The position numbers and the translations under genes were made by a program. Below are positions 1 to 8,522 of a stretch of DNA of 64,000 bases, piece after piece. The notes below the pieces were generated by a model, which was not told the origin of the DNA, searched no databases, and saw only the letters and a program-made list of their open reading frames with translations. The DNA lies in assembly GCA_030603385.1 (NCBI GenBank), contig JAUVXW010000007.1:64001-128000 (forward strand). Direction: 5' to 3'. This DNA comes from Promethearchaeota archaeon (GTDB lineage: Archaea > Asgardarchaeota > Lokiarchaeia > Sigyniarchaeales > SOKP01). Position 1 is the first letter of the stretch; each line of letters starts with the position of its first letter.

Positions 1-1384
1 TACTAATTAAAAGTCCAGTGCCAGAGGTCAATGCCCCCAAACTATCTGCAAAGAAACTTAAAACTGCTATCAGAATACCATTTATGATTATGAGAGTGGG
101 TATATAACGTTTCAGTATTCTTTCTATAATTCTTTCAGAGCTTCTAAACCCTGGAACTTGCATTTGTGAGTCGATGATTTGTCCAGCGATATCGCGCGGC
201 GCTAAGCCACTTACTTCTACCCAAACCCGCCCAAGCATTATACATAACCCAATAAAAATTATCAGATAAAAAACAGCTCTAAAAGGATCTGATACTAGTT
301 GATCAATTCCTAGCGGTGGCGTAATTAGCCATATTAACCCACGTATTGGTATTAATTGTCCTCCCATGCCTGTTCCTGCTGATTGTGTATCAAATTCCCC
401 AAGTATGTTAATCCAGAAATCGGGAATAAGTCCACCATTACTCGCACGCATGCCAGAATCAGGACCAGCTACTAATTGCCCGAAGAAGAGAACATTTGCG
501 TATAGCGCATTAACCAATATCACGGGGATATTGGAGACATACAGCAGTTTCATGGGATATTTACCTTTGTAACCTCGATAGCCTCTATAAGTAAGAGGAA
601 TCTCAACACGTGTTGATTCAAACCAAACGACTACAACGAGTATGACAACAGTAGTTACAATACCTAATAATGACGGAAGTTGTTGCCTTATAGCAATATC
701 TCCTAAGTTAGTATTAGGATCACCATCAAATAACACTGAAAAAAATGCAATTATAATTCCTCTTGGTATACCATCTGGTCCTTCGATAAAACTGAAAGTG
801 TTCCAGAAGATTTGACCAGCGACACCCGCAGCGATAAACAAGGACACTCCACTACCAAGACCCCATCCTTTTTGAAGTAATTCATCAAGCAGGAGTATAA
901 CAATTCCCGAAAAAATTAATTGGAAAAAAATAAAAAATCCTCCTTGAATTCCAATATCCGATAAATTACCAAAAGCTCCTCCGAATAAGTAAGCAATAAT
1001 GTTAAAGATTGTTAGAAATACAGCAAGAACTTTTTGAGATCCACTAAATAATGCCCTATCATATGGATCAGCCATATCTACTTTGATAATTTTAGAACCT
1101 AAGAGTAATTGCATTATAAGTCCTGATGTTACAATAGGGCCTATACCTAGTTCTGTGAGTGTCCCTCTTTTACTTGCGAGAATTACCCGCAACCAATAGA
1201 AGTAATCTGTTGATTCCTTCATTTGGATCCCATATAGAGGGATATTTGACATGATTAAATAGATAATAAGTACGACAGCAGTCCAAATAAACTTTTCTTT
1301 AAAAGAAACCTCACGTTGGGGATTTTTGATTTCTGGCATGGCTCTTATAAACGGTGAAAAGAATTTTAGAAATTTGCCAGTCAT
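1..1384 (-). CDS. secY: Protein translocase SecY/Sec61alpha (3' end runs off window; absent from ORF track)
   Basis: Manual translation from ATG at 1384: MTGKFLKFFSPFIRAMPEIKNPQREVSFKEKFIWT...LASKRGTLTELGIGPIVTSGLIMQLL...LLDELLQKGWGLGSGVSLFIAAG...YPMKLLYVSNIPVIL; all are SecY/Sec61alpha signatures. Confidence 0.97.
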   Translation of the reverse strand, partial: MTGKFLKFFSPFIRAMPEIKNPQREVSFKEKFIWTAVVLIIYLIMSNIPLYGIQMKESTDYFYWLRVILASKRGTLTELGIGPIVTSGLIMQLLLGSKIIKVDMADPYDRALFSGSQKVLAVFLTIFNIIAYLFGGAFGNLSDIGIQGGFFIFFQLIFSGIVILLLDELLQKGWGLGSGVSLFIAAGVAGQIFWNTFSFIEGPDGIPRGIIIAFFSVLFDGDPNTNLGDIAIRQQLPSLLGIVTTVVILVVVVWFESTRVEIPLTYRGYRGYKGKYPMKLLYVSNIPVILVNALYANVLFFGQLVAGPDSGMRASNGGLIPDFWINILGEFDTQSAGTGMGGQLIPIRGLIWLITPPLGIDQLVSDPFRAVFYLIIFIGLCIMLGRVWVEVSGLAPRDIAGQIIDSQMQVPGFRSSERIIERILKRYIPTLIIINGILIAVLSFFADSLGALTSGTGLLIS

Positions 1385-1646
1385 TTTTTATCAACAACGA
1401 GAGTTTTTTTAAGTAGCTTTTTTTCAGTAAATTATAATAAATTTTTCTGAGGTTTTTTTTCAGTTTCTTTATTTTAAAGTAATTTTTAAAAAAATGAATT
1501 TTAAAAAAAGTTTTTGATTTAAGAAGTTCCTTCAAATTAGATTGTTTAAAAAACAGTAAATAAATACAATTTCCTAAAAAATTTTTATAAAAAAATAAAT
1601 AAAAAAATGGTTACTTCATTTAAATCTAATTTCAAAGCTCATACTT

Positions 1647-1934
1647 TTAAAAAAGGCTTCCTATTCCTGTAGGCTCTTCTTCAACTTCTTCTTCTTCCTT
1701 CTTTGCTTCCTTCTTTGCTTTCTTCTTTTCACTAGCTGGAGCAGCCATTATAGGCATTGAGCTTGCAGATTTAATGATATCCTCTATTTTTGTTCCTTTC
1801 AAGCCAGCAATTAGTTTCGTAATTTCAGTTTTATCAGCTTTCGCGCCAGCAGCAGTTAATACTTTTTCTACATTTGTCTCTGTAATTTTTCCTCCGACTT
1901 TGTGAAGCAATAATGCAGCATAAATACTTTCCAT
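1647..1934 (-). CDS. rpl12p: Ribosomal stalk protein P1 (L12p)
   Basis: MESIYAALLLH N-terminus, Ala/Lys/Glu hinge, C-terminal GIGSLF; SD GGAGG upstream. Confidence 0.97.
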   Translation of the reverse strand: MESIYAALLLHKVGGKITETNVEKVLTAAGAKADKTEITKLIAGLKGTKIEDIIKSASSMPIMAAPASEKKKAKKEAKKEEEEVEEEPTGIGSLF

Positions 1935-2007
1935 ATTTTTAAACCTCCTATTTATTATTTTTTATTTTAAATTCATTATTTTAATTGTTTAATAATAATT
2001 ATAAATT

Positions 2008-2907
2008 TCAGCCAAACAAACCTCCAATACCAACTTCTTCAGCATCTTTTTTCTCTTCTTCCTCTTTAGCTTCTTTTTCTTCAACTTTAGTTTCAGGTTC
2101 AGTAGAAACTGGTATTCCCTCTCCAAATATTATCGCATCCAGCGTATTAGCTTCAGATGCAGCTTTCCGAATATATTCTTCAGTCATACTTTCTTCAATA
2201 AAGGGCATTTCAAAGAGAATCGCGAGTGCTTCTCTATACCCCGTAGCGACATCCTGTTTGAATTGGTCTAAATCCATATATAGGACATCTTCTGGTATAA
2301 TTTCTCCATCGCTCCAAGCAAAATAAATTTTAATCAATGACTCTATTGGTGTTATACCAAGTTTTTTCAATACAGCGGCTTGTTTTACATTTACTAAATC
2401 ACCTACTTTATGCGTTCTTGTATCTTCACGAATATGTATCGTGTCATTCATTATTCTTGTAGGGAGTCTTAAAGTCATGTTTAATTCACTAATAACTTGA
2501 CCTGTTGGCAATCCAGTATCTCCAGCAGGTACCCAAATATCTACAGGTGTGATTTCATTTGGTTTTGCAGGAACCATCCATTCATGGTCATGGAAAATCT
2601 CTTTTAATTCTATTAGATCAAGATTCGTAAAAATAAGACTTGATTGACCAGGAATTTGCTCTGCTAATTCATCTAAATTTGACTTTTTTGACTCTTTTTT
2701 GTATTGTTCTATTGCACGAAGTTGTAGAGATTTTTTAGACATACGAAATATCGCTTTCCCCCTTAAAATTTTACGCATTGATTGAATTTGCATATCATTT
2801 ATATGAGAAACTTCTATAACAGCAACATTACTGTAAGTTTTAAATAATTCAATTAAATTATTTACTTCTTCTAATTTCCACTGAGGTATATGTTGTTTTT
2901 TAATCAT
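2008..2907 (-). CDS. rplP0: Ribosomal protein uL10 (P0)
   Basis: IPQWKLEEV start, VPAGDTG insertion domain, acidic tail ending GIGGLFG; operon position. Confidence 0.97.
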   Translation of the reverse strand: MIKKQHIPQWKLEEVNNLIELFKTYSNVAVIEVSHINDMQIQSMRKILRGKAIFRMSKKSLQLRAIEQYKKESKKSNLDELAEQIPGQSSLIFTNLDLIELKEIFHDHEWMVPAKPNEITPVDIWVPAGDTGLPTGQVISELNMTLRLPTRIMNDTIHIREDTRTHKVGDLVNVKQAAVLKKLGITPIESLIKIYFAWSDGEIIPEDVLYMDLDQFKQDVATGYREALAILFEMPFIEESMTEEYIRKAASEANTLDAIIFGEGIPVSTEPETKVEEKEAKEEEEKKDAEEVGIGGLFG

Positions 2908-2911
2908 TTTT

Positions 2912-3640
2912 TCACACCTCTATACTCTTTAAAAAATCTTCAGTTACATTAACTGGTTTTCCCATTGTAGATTTTAAATACATTGATTTAAAGTTATTGA
3001 ACTTATGTGGCATTTGATCTCCAATAAAATTTACTACTGTTTTCATATTTTCAAATAATTTATCAACTTCCATTGATTTCTTTCCTATTTTTATGAAAAT
3101 TATAGGCTGTTTTTTCATTTGCACACGAATTACCTTTTTATACCTATCAAAGGCAACCTTCAAATCATCCGGACTGGAAATTATTCCATAACCCGTAGGA
3201 AAAGGTTTTGGCATTTTACCTAAAGGCCCAAGAAATCTTGCGAGGTAACGAGCGACATCACGCATCATTTTATCTTCTACAACAAAAAACTCATACTTTT
3301 TTGCAAATTTCTTCTTATACTTCTTTTCTTCGTTATTTAATTTAATCAATCCATCTGAATCAAGAGTATCAACACCAATCTTTTTTGCTTCGAGTAATAT
3401 TTCGTCGGAAGCAATCACACATATATTAGGTTTATCTTTTACAATTACTTCATTTGAGAGGATAATTTCTTTATCAATTCTATTTTTTGGATCATTTAGA
3501 TTTACATCTTTTATATTAATGACAAGGTCAATTGACTCATCGAATTTTCTTATTTTATCTTTAAATCCGTCCTTTTTAATTACTGAAAAATCTATTGCTG
3601 CATTTAAAGATCTTCTTAACAATTTATCATCTACTTTCAA
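2912..3640 (-). CDS. rpl1: Ribosomal protein uL1
   Basis: RKFDESIDLVIN, LGPLGKMPKP, YLKSTMG motifs; TTG start. Confidence 0.97.
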   Translation of the reverse strand: MKVDDKLLRRSLNAAIDFSVIKKDGFKDKIRKFDESIDLVINIKDVNLNDPKNRIDKEIILSNEVIVKDKPNICVIASDEILLEAKKIGVDTLDSDGLIKLNNEEKKYKKKFAKKYEFFVVEDKMMRDVARYLARFLGPLGKMPKPFPTGYGIISSPDDLKVAFDRYKKVIRVQMKKQPIIFIKIGKKSMEVDKLFENMKTVVNFIGDQMPHKFNNFKSMYLKSTMGKPVNVTEDFLKSIEV

Positions 3641-3642
3641 TT

Positions 3643-4177
3643 TTATAATTCACCACTGATTTTATCGTCATATTCTCCATTTTCTATTCTTTTTTGAATT
3701 TCTCTGGGATCTTCTCCCTCAACAGTTATTCCAATAGATAACGCAGTTCCTAGGACCGTTTTAACAGCGATCTTAAAATTTTTGTCTAGAAATTTATCTT
3801 TCTTTGCTTCAACAACGTTAATAATCTGCTCAAGTGTGAGATTGCCAATTTTGTCTTCCGAGCTTGCTGGACTTCCTTTTTCTACTCCCGCTTCCTTAAG
3901 TAATAATGAGGCTGTGGAAGGTGTTTCAATAAAAATTTCAAATTGTTTTGTTTCTGTATCACATTCAATTCTGACAGGTACTGTTAAGCCTTTAAATACC
4001 ATTGTTTTTTCATTGATTACGTCAACTACATCTTTGATATTAATACCCGTTGGGCCTACAGCAGGTCCAATAGGTGGCCCTCCTGACGCATTTGAGGTTC
4101 AATCGAAACGATAATTAAAAATAAACACTCCCACCTGTCACAAGGGCTTTAACAATTACTTTTCCTTTTGTACTCAC
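3643..4177 (-). CDS. rpl11: Ribosomal protein uL11, split gene: exon 1 4177-4128, exon 2 4090-3643 (165 aa when joined)
   Basis: GTG at 4177 gives MSTKGKVIVKALVTGG(S); after a 37-nt insert the frame continues ASGGPPIGPAVGPTGINIKDVVDVINEKT into the tracked ORF 3643..4002 (VPV...TPSTASLL...VLGTALSIGITV). Confidence 0.95.
4091..4127 (-). other. Candidate 37-nt bulge-helix-bulge (BHB) mRNA intron in rpl11
   Basis: Insert TGTTTATTTTTAATTATCGTTTCGATTGAACCTCAAA; 4-bp central helix UGGG/CUCA, 3-nt bulges AGU and AAU, intron stem GUUUA/UGAAC; cutting after the 2nd nt of each bulge restores the frame. Confidence 0.85.
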
Positions 4178-4384
4178 ATAGTTTCACTTTTTTCCAATTA
4201 ATTTAGTTTAAGAAATATTCTAAAAGCAAAGAACGCGAAATTAAAAATAGGGTATTTAAATTCAATATCTATGTTATATCGAAACCGCATTAATTTGCGT
4301 CCTAAGTCAATTAAAAATATTATCTTAACTTAGTAAATATGAAAATGAACTAAAATTAAAAAGTTTTATTAAAATGAGAATGAT

Positions 4385-4573
4385 CTAAAATCTGCAACAA
4401 AGTCTTCGCCCATAATCAAAATTATGTTTTAAGTATTCTTCAGATAAGAAATTCATAATTGTGTCGTAATCTAATTTTACCTTTTCCACAATATCCTCAA
4501 TTTGAACTCCTGGAGTTGAGATCAATTTCAATATTTCCTTTTTTGTTTCTTCACTAACTTCTATTTCCATCAT
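4385..4573 (-). CDS. Small hypothetical protein, possibly HTH-like
   Basis: 62-aa ORF with coding-like composition directly downstream of cheB; ends RRLCCRF. Confidence 0.6.
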   Translation of the reverse strand: MMEIEVSEETKKEILKLISTPGVQIEDIVEKVKLDYDTIMNFLSEEYLKHNFDYGRRLCCRF

Positions 4574-4601
4574 CTATTAAAATTTGTTATAGTTAAAAAA
4601 T

Positions 4602-5744
4602 TTAATTCACAAAGTTAATCATTTTTTCTACAATTTTATAATTTGGTATGATCAGATCAGCAGCACCAGTTTCAGCAGCAACTTTTGGCATTCCATATAA
4701 TACACTCGTTTCTTCAGATTCTGCTATAGTTTTACCTCCTTTAGATTTAATTGCATGAAGCCCATCAACACCATCTCTTCCCATGCCAGTCAACAAGATA
4801 CCAAGTGTTTTTTCTTTATAAACCCTTGCTGTTGAGTAAAAAAGTACATCTACAGATGGTCTACAAAAATTTACAGGTTCACCCTCAAATGTTCTCACGC
4901 AAGGTTTTTCATTTTTAACAGTAACTTGCATATGCTTATCACCTGGAGAAAAGTATATTATCCCAGGTTGAATCTCTTCATAATTTAATCCAATTTTTAC
5001 ATCCATTTTGCAGATATCCCTTAAAGATGTTACAAATTGTCGCATAAATAGATGATTTAAATGTTGAACAACTAAAATAGGTGCGGGAAAATCTTTGGGA
5101 ACTTCGTTAAAGATTGTTCTTAATGTTCTAGGACCGCCAACGCTGGCTCCTATGACAATAACTCTAGTATCTAATTTCTTAATGGTAACTGGTGAGAGGT
5201 CTAGGAAATATTCCTCTGATCTTGATTCGATTTTTGGCTTTATTATCTTATTCGAATCTTCTATTTTTGTTGCTTTTAATTTCTGGCTTTGTGGTATGAA
5301 AATGTCTTTGTTCATTTGTCTCGTTTTACTGTCGATTTTATGTATTTTCGGAATCTCAATCATTAACACTTTAGATATTATCTTATCTCTAATTTTCGGT
5401 AGTTCATTTTTCCAAACGCCATTGGGTTTAACAATATAATCATAAGATTTTAAAATAATAGGAATATTAGTAGAATCCAGCGTTTTCGGGTTTTTATCAG
5501 TCAAGATAATAGTCTCAATTGGAAAGCTTTTCATCACAGGATAAAATTGTTTAACCCACTCCTCATTCTCAAATTCAATATCCAAAATTAGAGCATCTAG
5601 ACTTTTTTTCTCAATTATATCAATTGCTTCATTAGCATTTCTTACAAAATCAACTACTATTATATCTTTATGAGACCCAAGCATTTCAGAAAGAAAAGAC
5701 CTTCGAAATGCTGATTCCGAAGCAATTAATACTTTCTTTACCAT
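4602..5744 (-). CDS. cheB: CheB-family protein-glutamate methylesterase with N-terminal receiver domain
   Basis: IGASVGGP (Ser), VQHL (His), RPSVDVLF, LTGMGRDG (Asp), VLYGMP; receiver LDIE...YIVKP. Confidence 0.93.
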   Translation of the reverse strand: MVKKVLIASESAFRRSFLSEMLGSHKDIIVVDFVRNANEAIDIIEKKSLDALILDIEFENEEWVKQFYPVMKSFPIETIILTDKNPKTLDSTNIPIILKSYDYIVKPNGVWKNELPKIRDKIISKVLMIEIPKIHKIDSKTRQMNKDIFIPQSQKLKATKIEDSNKIIKPKIESRSEEYFLDLSPVTIKKLDTRVIVIGASVGGPRTLRTIFNEVPKDFPAPILVVQHLNHLFMRQFVTSLRDICKMDVKIGLNYEEIQPGIIYFSPGDKHMQVTVKNEKPCVRTFEGEPVNFCRPSVDVLFYSTARVYKEKTLGILLTGMGRDGVDGLHAIKSKGGKTIAESEETSVLYGMPKVAAETGAADLIIPNYKIVEKMINFVN

Positions 5745-5852
5745 TTTTGAAATCGTTTTTTCCTACTCTAAAGAAGATAATACAAATTTATATATATGTA
5801 GTTAAAAAAAAAACTATAACTATAAATAACAAATTAAACATAGGTATCAATT

Positions 5853-6524
5853 CTATTCTTCTAATATGACTTCATGTCTAATATTACCAATTTTTTCTAT
5901 AGATGCTTCAACAATATCGCCAGGTTGAATCGGACCTACGCCGCTTGGCGTACCTGTAGCGACAATGTCACCTCTTTCAAGAGTTAAAAAGCTTGAGATA
6001 TATTCCATTATTCTTGGAATTTTAAAAATCATATGTTTTGTGTTTGATGATTGCTTTACCTTCTCATTTATCTGTAATTCTATGTTTAGGTTGTGGGGAT
6101 CTTCGATTTCATTTAGAAGAACTATTTGAGGGCCAATAACTGAAAAAGTATCAAAATTTTTACTACGGTACCACGGTAAATTTTTGTTTCGGTCATAAAT
6201 TTGCATTTTTCTTGCAGTAATGTCTAGAAATATAGAATAGCCTTGAATATAATCAAAAGCATTTTCAGGTGAAATTTTTTTACATTTCTTTGATAGAATA
6301 AAAGCAAGTTCCACTTCATGGTCCACCCTGTTGAATTTATCATTTTCATATAGAATTCTGGGATAGATTATAGGTTTTCCATTAGTTATTAATGAGTTTA
6401 TAGTTTTTACAAAAAAAACAGGTTCAGTTGGTACGGGAGCATCAAATTCTTTAGCGTGTTCTAAATAATTTCTTCCTATGCATATTATTTTTGTTGGAGT
6501 TAAGTCTGTATCTCCTATTTTCAT
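5853..6524 (-). CDS. Fumarylacetoacetate hydrolase family protein
   Basis: KIICIGRNYLEH, DHEVEL, DITAR, KNFDTF, GDIVATGTPSGVG. Confidence 0.93.
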   Translation of the reverse strand: MKIGDTDLTPTKIICIGRNYLEHAKEFDAPVPTEPVFFVKTINSLITNGKPIIYPRILYENDKFNRVDHEVELAFILSKKCKKISPENAFDYIQGYSIFLDITARKMQIYDRNKNLPWYRSKNFDTFSVIGPQIVLLNEIEDPHNLNIELQINEKVKQSSNTKHMIFKIPRIMEYISSFLTLERGDIVATGTPSGVGPIQPGDIVEASIEKIGNIRHEVILEE

Positions 6525-6530
6525 AATTTA

Positions 6531-7211
6531 TTATTCTTCTCCTTCTAAAATTACTTTATTTGTAAGAGTACCAATATTTTCTATAGTTGCTTCAATTAAA
6601 TCTCCAGGGTTAACAGGTCCTATTCCCCCAGGAGTGCCTGTAGCAATAATGTCTCCTGGTTCCATTGTAAATAATTTAGTAATATATTCGAAAGTCTCGG
6701 GAATCTTAAATAGTAAATATTTAGTATTCGATGACTGTTTTATCTCATTATTCACCTTTAATTCAATATCGAGGTTATGAGGATCTCTGATTTCATCTAT
6801 ATTTTTTATTATTGGCCCAATCGGTCCAAATGTATCAAACGATTTAGAGCGAAACCATGGTTTTTGTGCTATAATATCTTTGGTTTGCATTTTACGGGCG
6901 GTTACGTCATTAAAAACAGCGTATCCTAAGATATGATCATAAGCGTCTTCAGCAGATATGTTTTTGCATTTATCTTTAACGATAAACGCCAATTCTACTT
7001 CATAATCCATCCTATTATATCTTCTATTATTATACAAGTATTTTGGGTAAATAATTGGTTGATTGTTTGTTATTAAACAATTCAGTGTTTTTGGAAAGAG
7101 CAATGGCTCTTTTGGTATTTCTAATCCAGTTTCTTCTATATGATCCATGTAGTTAGTGCCTAAACAAATGATTTTAGTTGGCTTTAATGTAATATCTCCT
7201 ATCTTTATCAT
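6531..7211 (-). CDS. Fumarylacetoacetate hydrolase family protein (tandem paralog)
   Basis: KIICLGTNYMDH, DYEVEL, NDVTAR, KSFDTFGPIGP, GDIIATGTPGG. Confidence 0.93.
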   Translation of the reverse strand: MIKIGDITLKPTKIICLGTNYMDHIEETGLEIPKEPLLFPKTLNCLITNNQPIIYPKYLYNNRRYNRMDYEVELAFIVKDKCKNISAEDAYDHILGYAVFNDVTARKMQTKDIIAQKPWFRSKSFDTFGPIGPIIKNIDEIRDPHNLDIELKVNNEIKQSSNTKYLLFKIPETFEYITKLFTMEPGDIIATGTPGGIGPVNPGDLIEATIENIGTLTNKVILEGEE

Positions 7212-7282
7212 AAAAGTGTACTCTACCTAAAAATGTATGAATAACCGATAAATTAAATAAATTTATATTACTTATAGATTTG

Positions 7283-7870
7283 ATGGAAAACAATAAGCTC
7301 ATGGATTCTTTACACTCTAAAGAAAAGTTAGAAGTAATAAATCAAATTAAAGAAATCTATAATTTTATTAGAATAAAGAAATTTTGTAGGTTAATTCCAG
7401 AAGTAAGAACCAATATAGCAGGAGCTTTACATGATCCAAAAACAAAGTCTGATGTTGCGGGAATTGATGGAAGGATAACAATAATTAATGGTTTGCCGAA
7501 GGCTGCAGGCGATATCAAATTTGGGGCTGCTGAACATACTGCTAGATTGCTTCTTTCAGCAAAAGAATTCGAAAATTCTGTTAATTTCGTCATGAATTTG
7601 AGATATAGCCCTGAAACGATAAAAGATATTCAGAAAAAAACAGATTTAGAATTAGAAGAAATTCTGCGAGAAAAAGAACCCAGAAAAACAAGAAATAAAG
7701 AATTTTCTACAATGCAGTGGTTAATTAAAGAGAGTATAAATAAGAAAGGAAGGATTCCGGATCTAATATGGGATAAAGGATCAATTGGTAAAGAACCAAT
7801 GATCCGTTTATTTGCTAAGAATTCAGTTGATATGATTCAAAAACTTAAAAAAATCGTCAAGTTGCTTTAA
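7283..7870 (+). CDS. thiN: ThiN-family thiamine-phosphate synthase domain protein
   Basis: LIPEVRTNI, VAGIDGRI, FGAAEHTAR, D.G..GKEPMI motifs. Confidence 0.85.
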   Translation: MENNKLMDSLHSKEKLEVINQIKEIYNFIRIKKFCRLIPEVRTNIAGALHDPKTKSDVAGIDGRITIINGLPKAAGDIKFGAAEHTARLLLSAKEFENSVNFVMNLRYSPETIKDIQKKTDLELEEILREKEPRKTRNKEFSTMQWLIKESINKKGRIPDLIWDKGSIGKEPMIRLFAKNSVDMIQKLKKIVKLL

Positions 7871-7944
7871 AGTCATAACCTAAACCTTTTAAATTAATAT
7901 AACTTATTTAGTAGAAAAAACACAACACTGTAGTTTTTATTGAT

Positions 7945-8502
7945 ATGAGTAACAATGAATCAAGTGAAAGAACATTTTCTCAGACATATATTACTAAAAG
8001 AGTTGCAACTTCAGCTATCATGGTAGGAGTTGGTCTTGTCTTAAGTTATTTAAATCCATTTGCTTATTTCACGATATTTGGAGCAAAGATAAATCCTTTC
8101 GCTCATATTATAAATGCAATTATGGGGGTTTTAGTTGGAACAACCTTTGCATTATTTACTGCTACAGCAATAGCAGCACTCAGATTTTCATTAGCAATAG
8201 GCTCAATTCATGCTTTTCATGGAGGGATGACTGGAGCGATTGTTGTTGGAATATTCGCATATCTATTATGGAAAAAAACACCCAAATATGTAAAACTTGC
8301 TGCCCTTTCTGAACCAATTGGAACAGTCTTTATAGGGGGAACAATAGCTCAATTAATTGCACCAATAGGAGGGATTGAAGGCTTATTTACTTGGTGGGGT
8401 TTATTTGCAGCTAGCTGTATTTCTGGGAGTATTATTGGTTTTGTAATTCTCTTAGCATTAAAGAAAGCAAATATCAATAGAGAAGATTTTTTCGAAGAAT
8501 AA
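7945..8502 (+). CDS. thiW: ECF transporter S component, ThiW-like (thiazole)
   Basis: Hydrophobic; NPFAHIINAIMGV, LRF..G(S)IHAF.GG, EPIGT motifs; next to thiN. Confidence 0.85.
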   Translation: MSNNESSERTFSQTYITKRVATSAIMVGVGLVLSYLNPFAYFTIFGAKINPFAHIINAIMGVLVGTTFALFTATAIAALRFSLAIGSIHAFHGGMTGAIVVGIFAYLLWKKTPKYVKLAALSEPIGTVFIGGTIAQLIAPIGGIEGLFTWWGLFAASCISGSIIGFVILLALKKANINREDFFEE

Positions 8503-8522
8503 GACAGTGTATCTTTGATTTT

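Noticed and set aside
1311-1535. 74-aa Lys/Phe-rich ORF
   Set aside because: Translation of an AT-rich intergenic tract overlapping the secY start out of frame.
3643-4002. Tracked 119-aa ORF as the complete uL11
   Set aside because: It lacks the conserved N-terminal GG...PPxGP region, which is encoded upstream across the insert.
4097-4126. The rpl11 insert begins GTTT and contains ATTGAAC, resembling a 30-nt CRISPR repeat
   Set aside because: Single copy, no spacers or cas genes in the window; the ends are explained by the BHB intron stem.
4091-4129. rpl11 insert as a spliceosomal GT-AG intron or a programmed frameshift
   Set aside because: No frame-restoring boundary ends in AG; a frameshift would leave about 12 extra residues in a gap-free conserved motif, whereas BHB cleavage restores it exactly.
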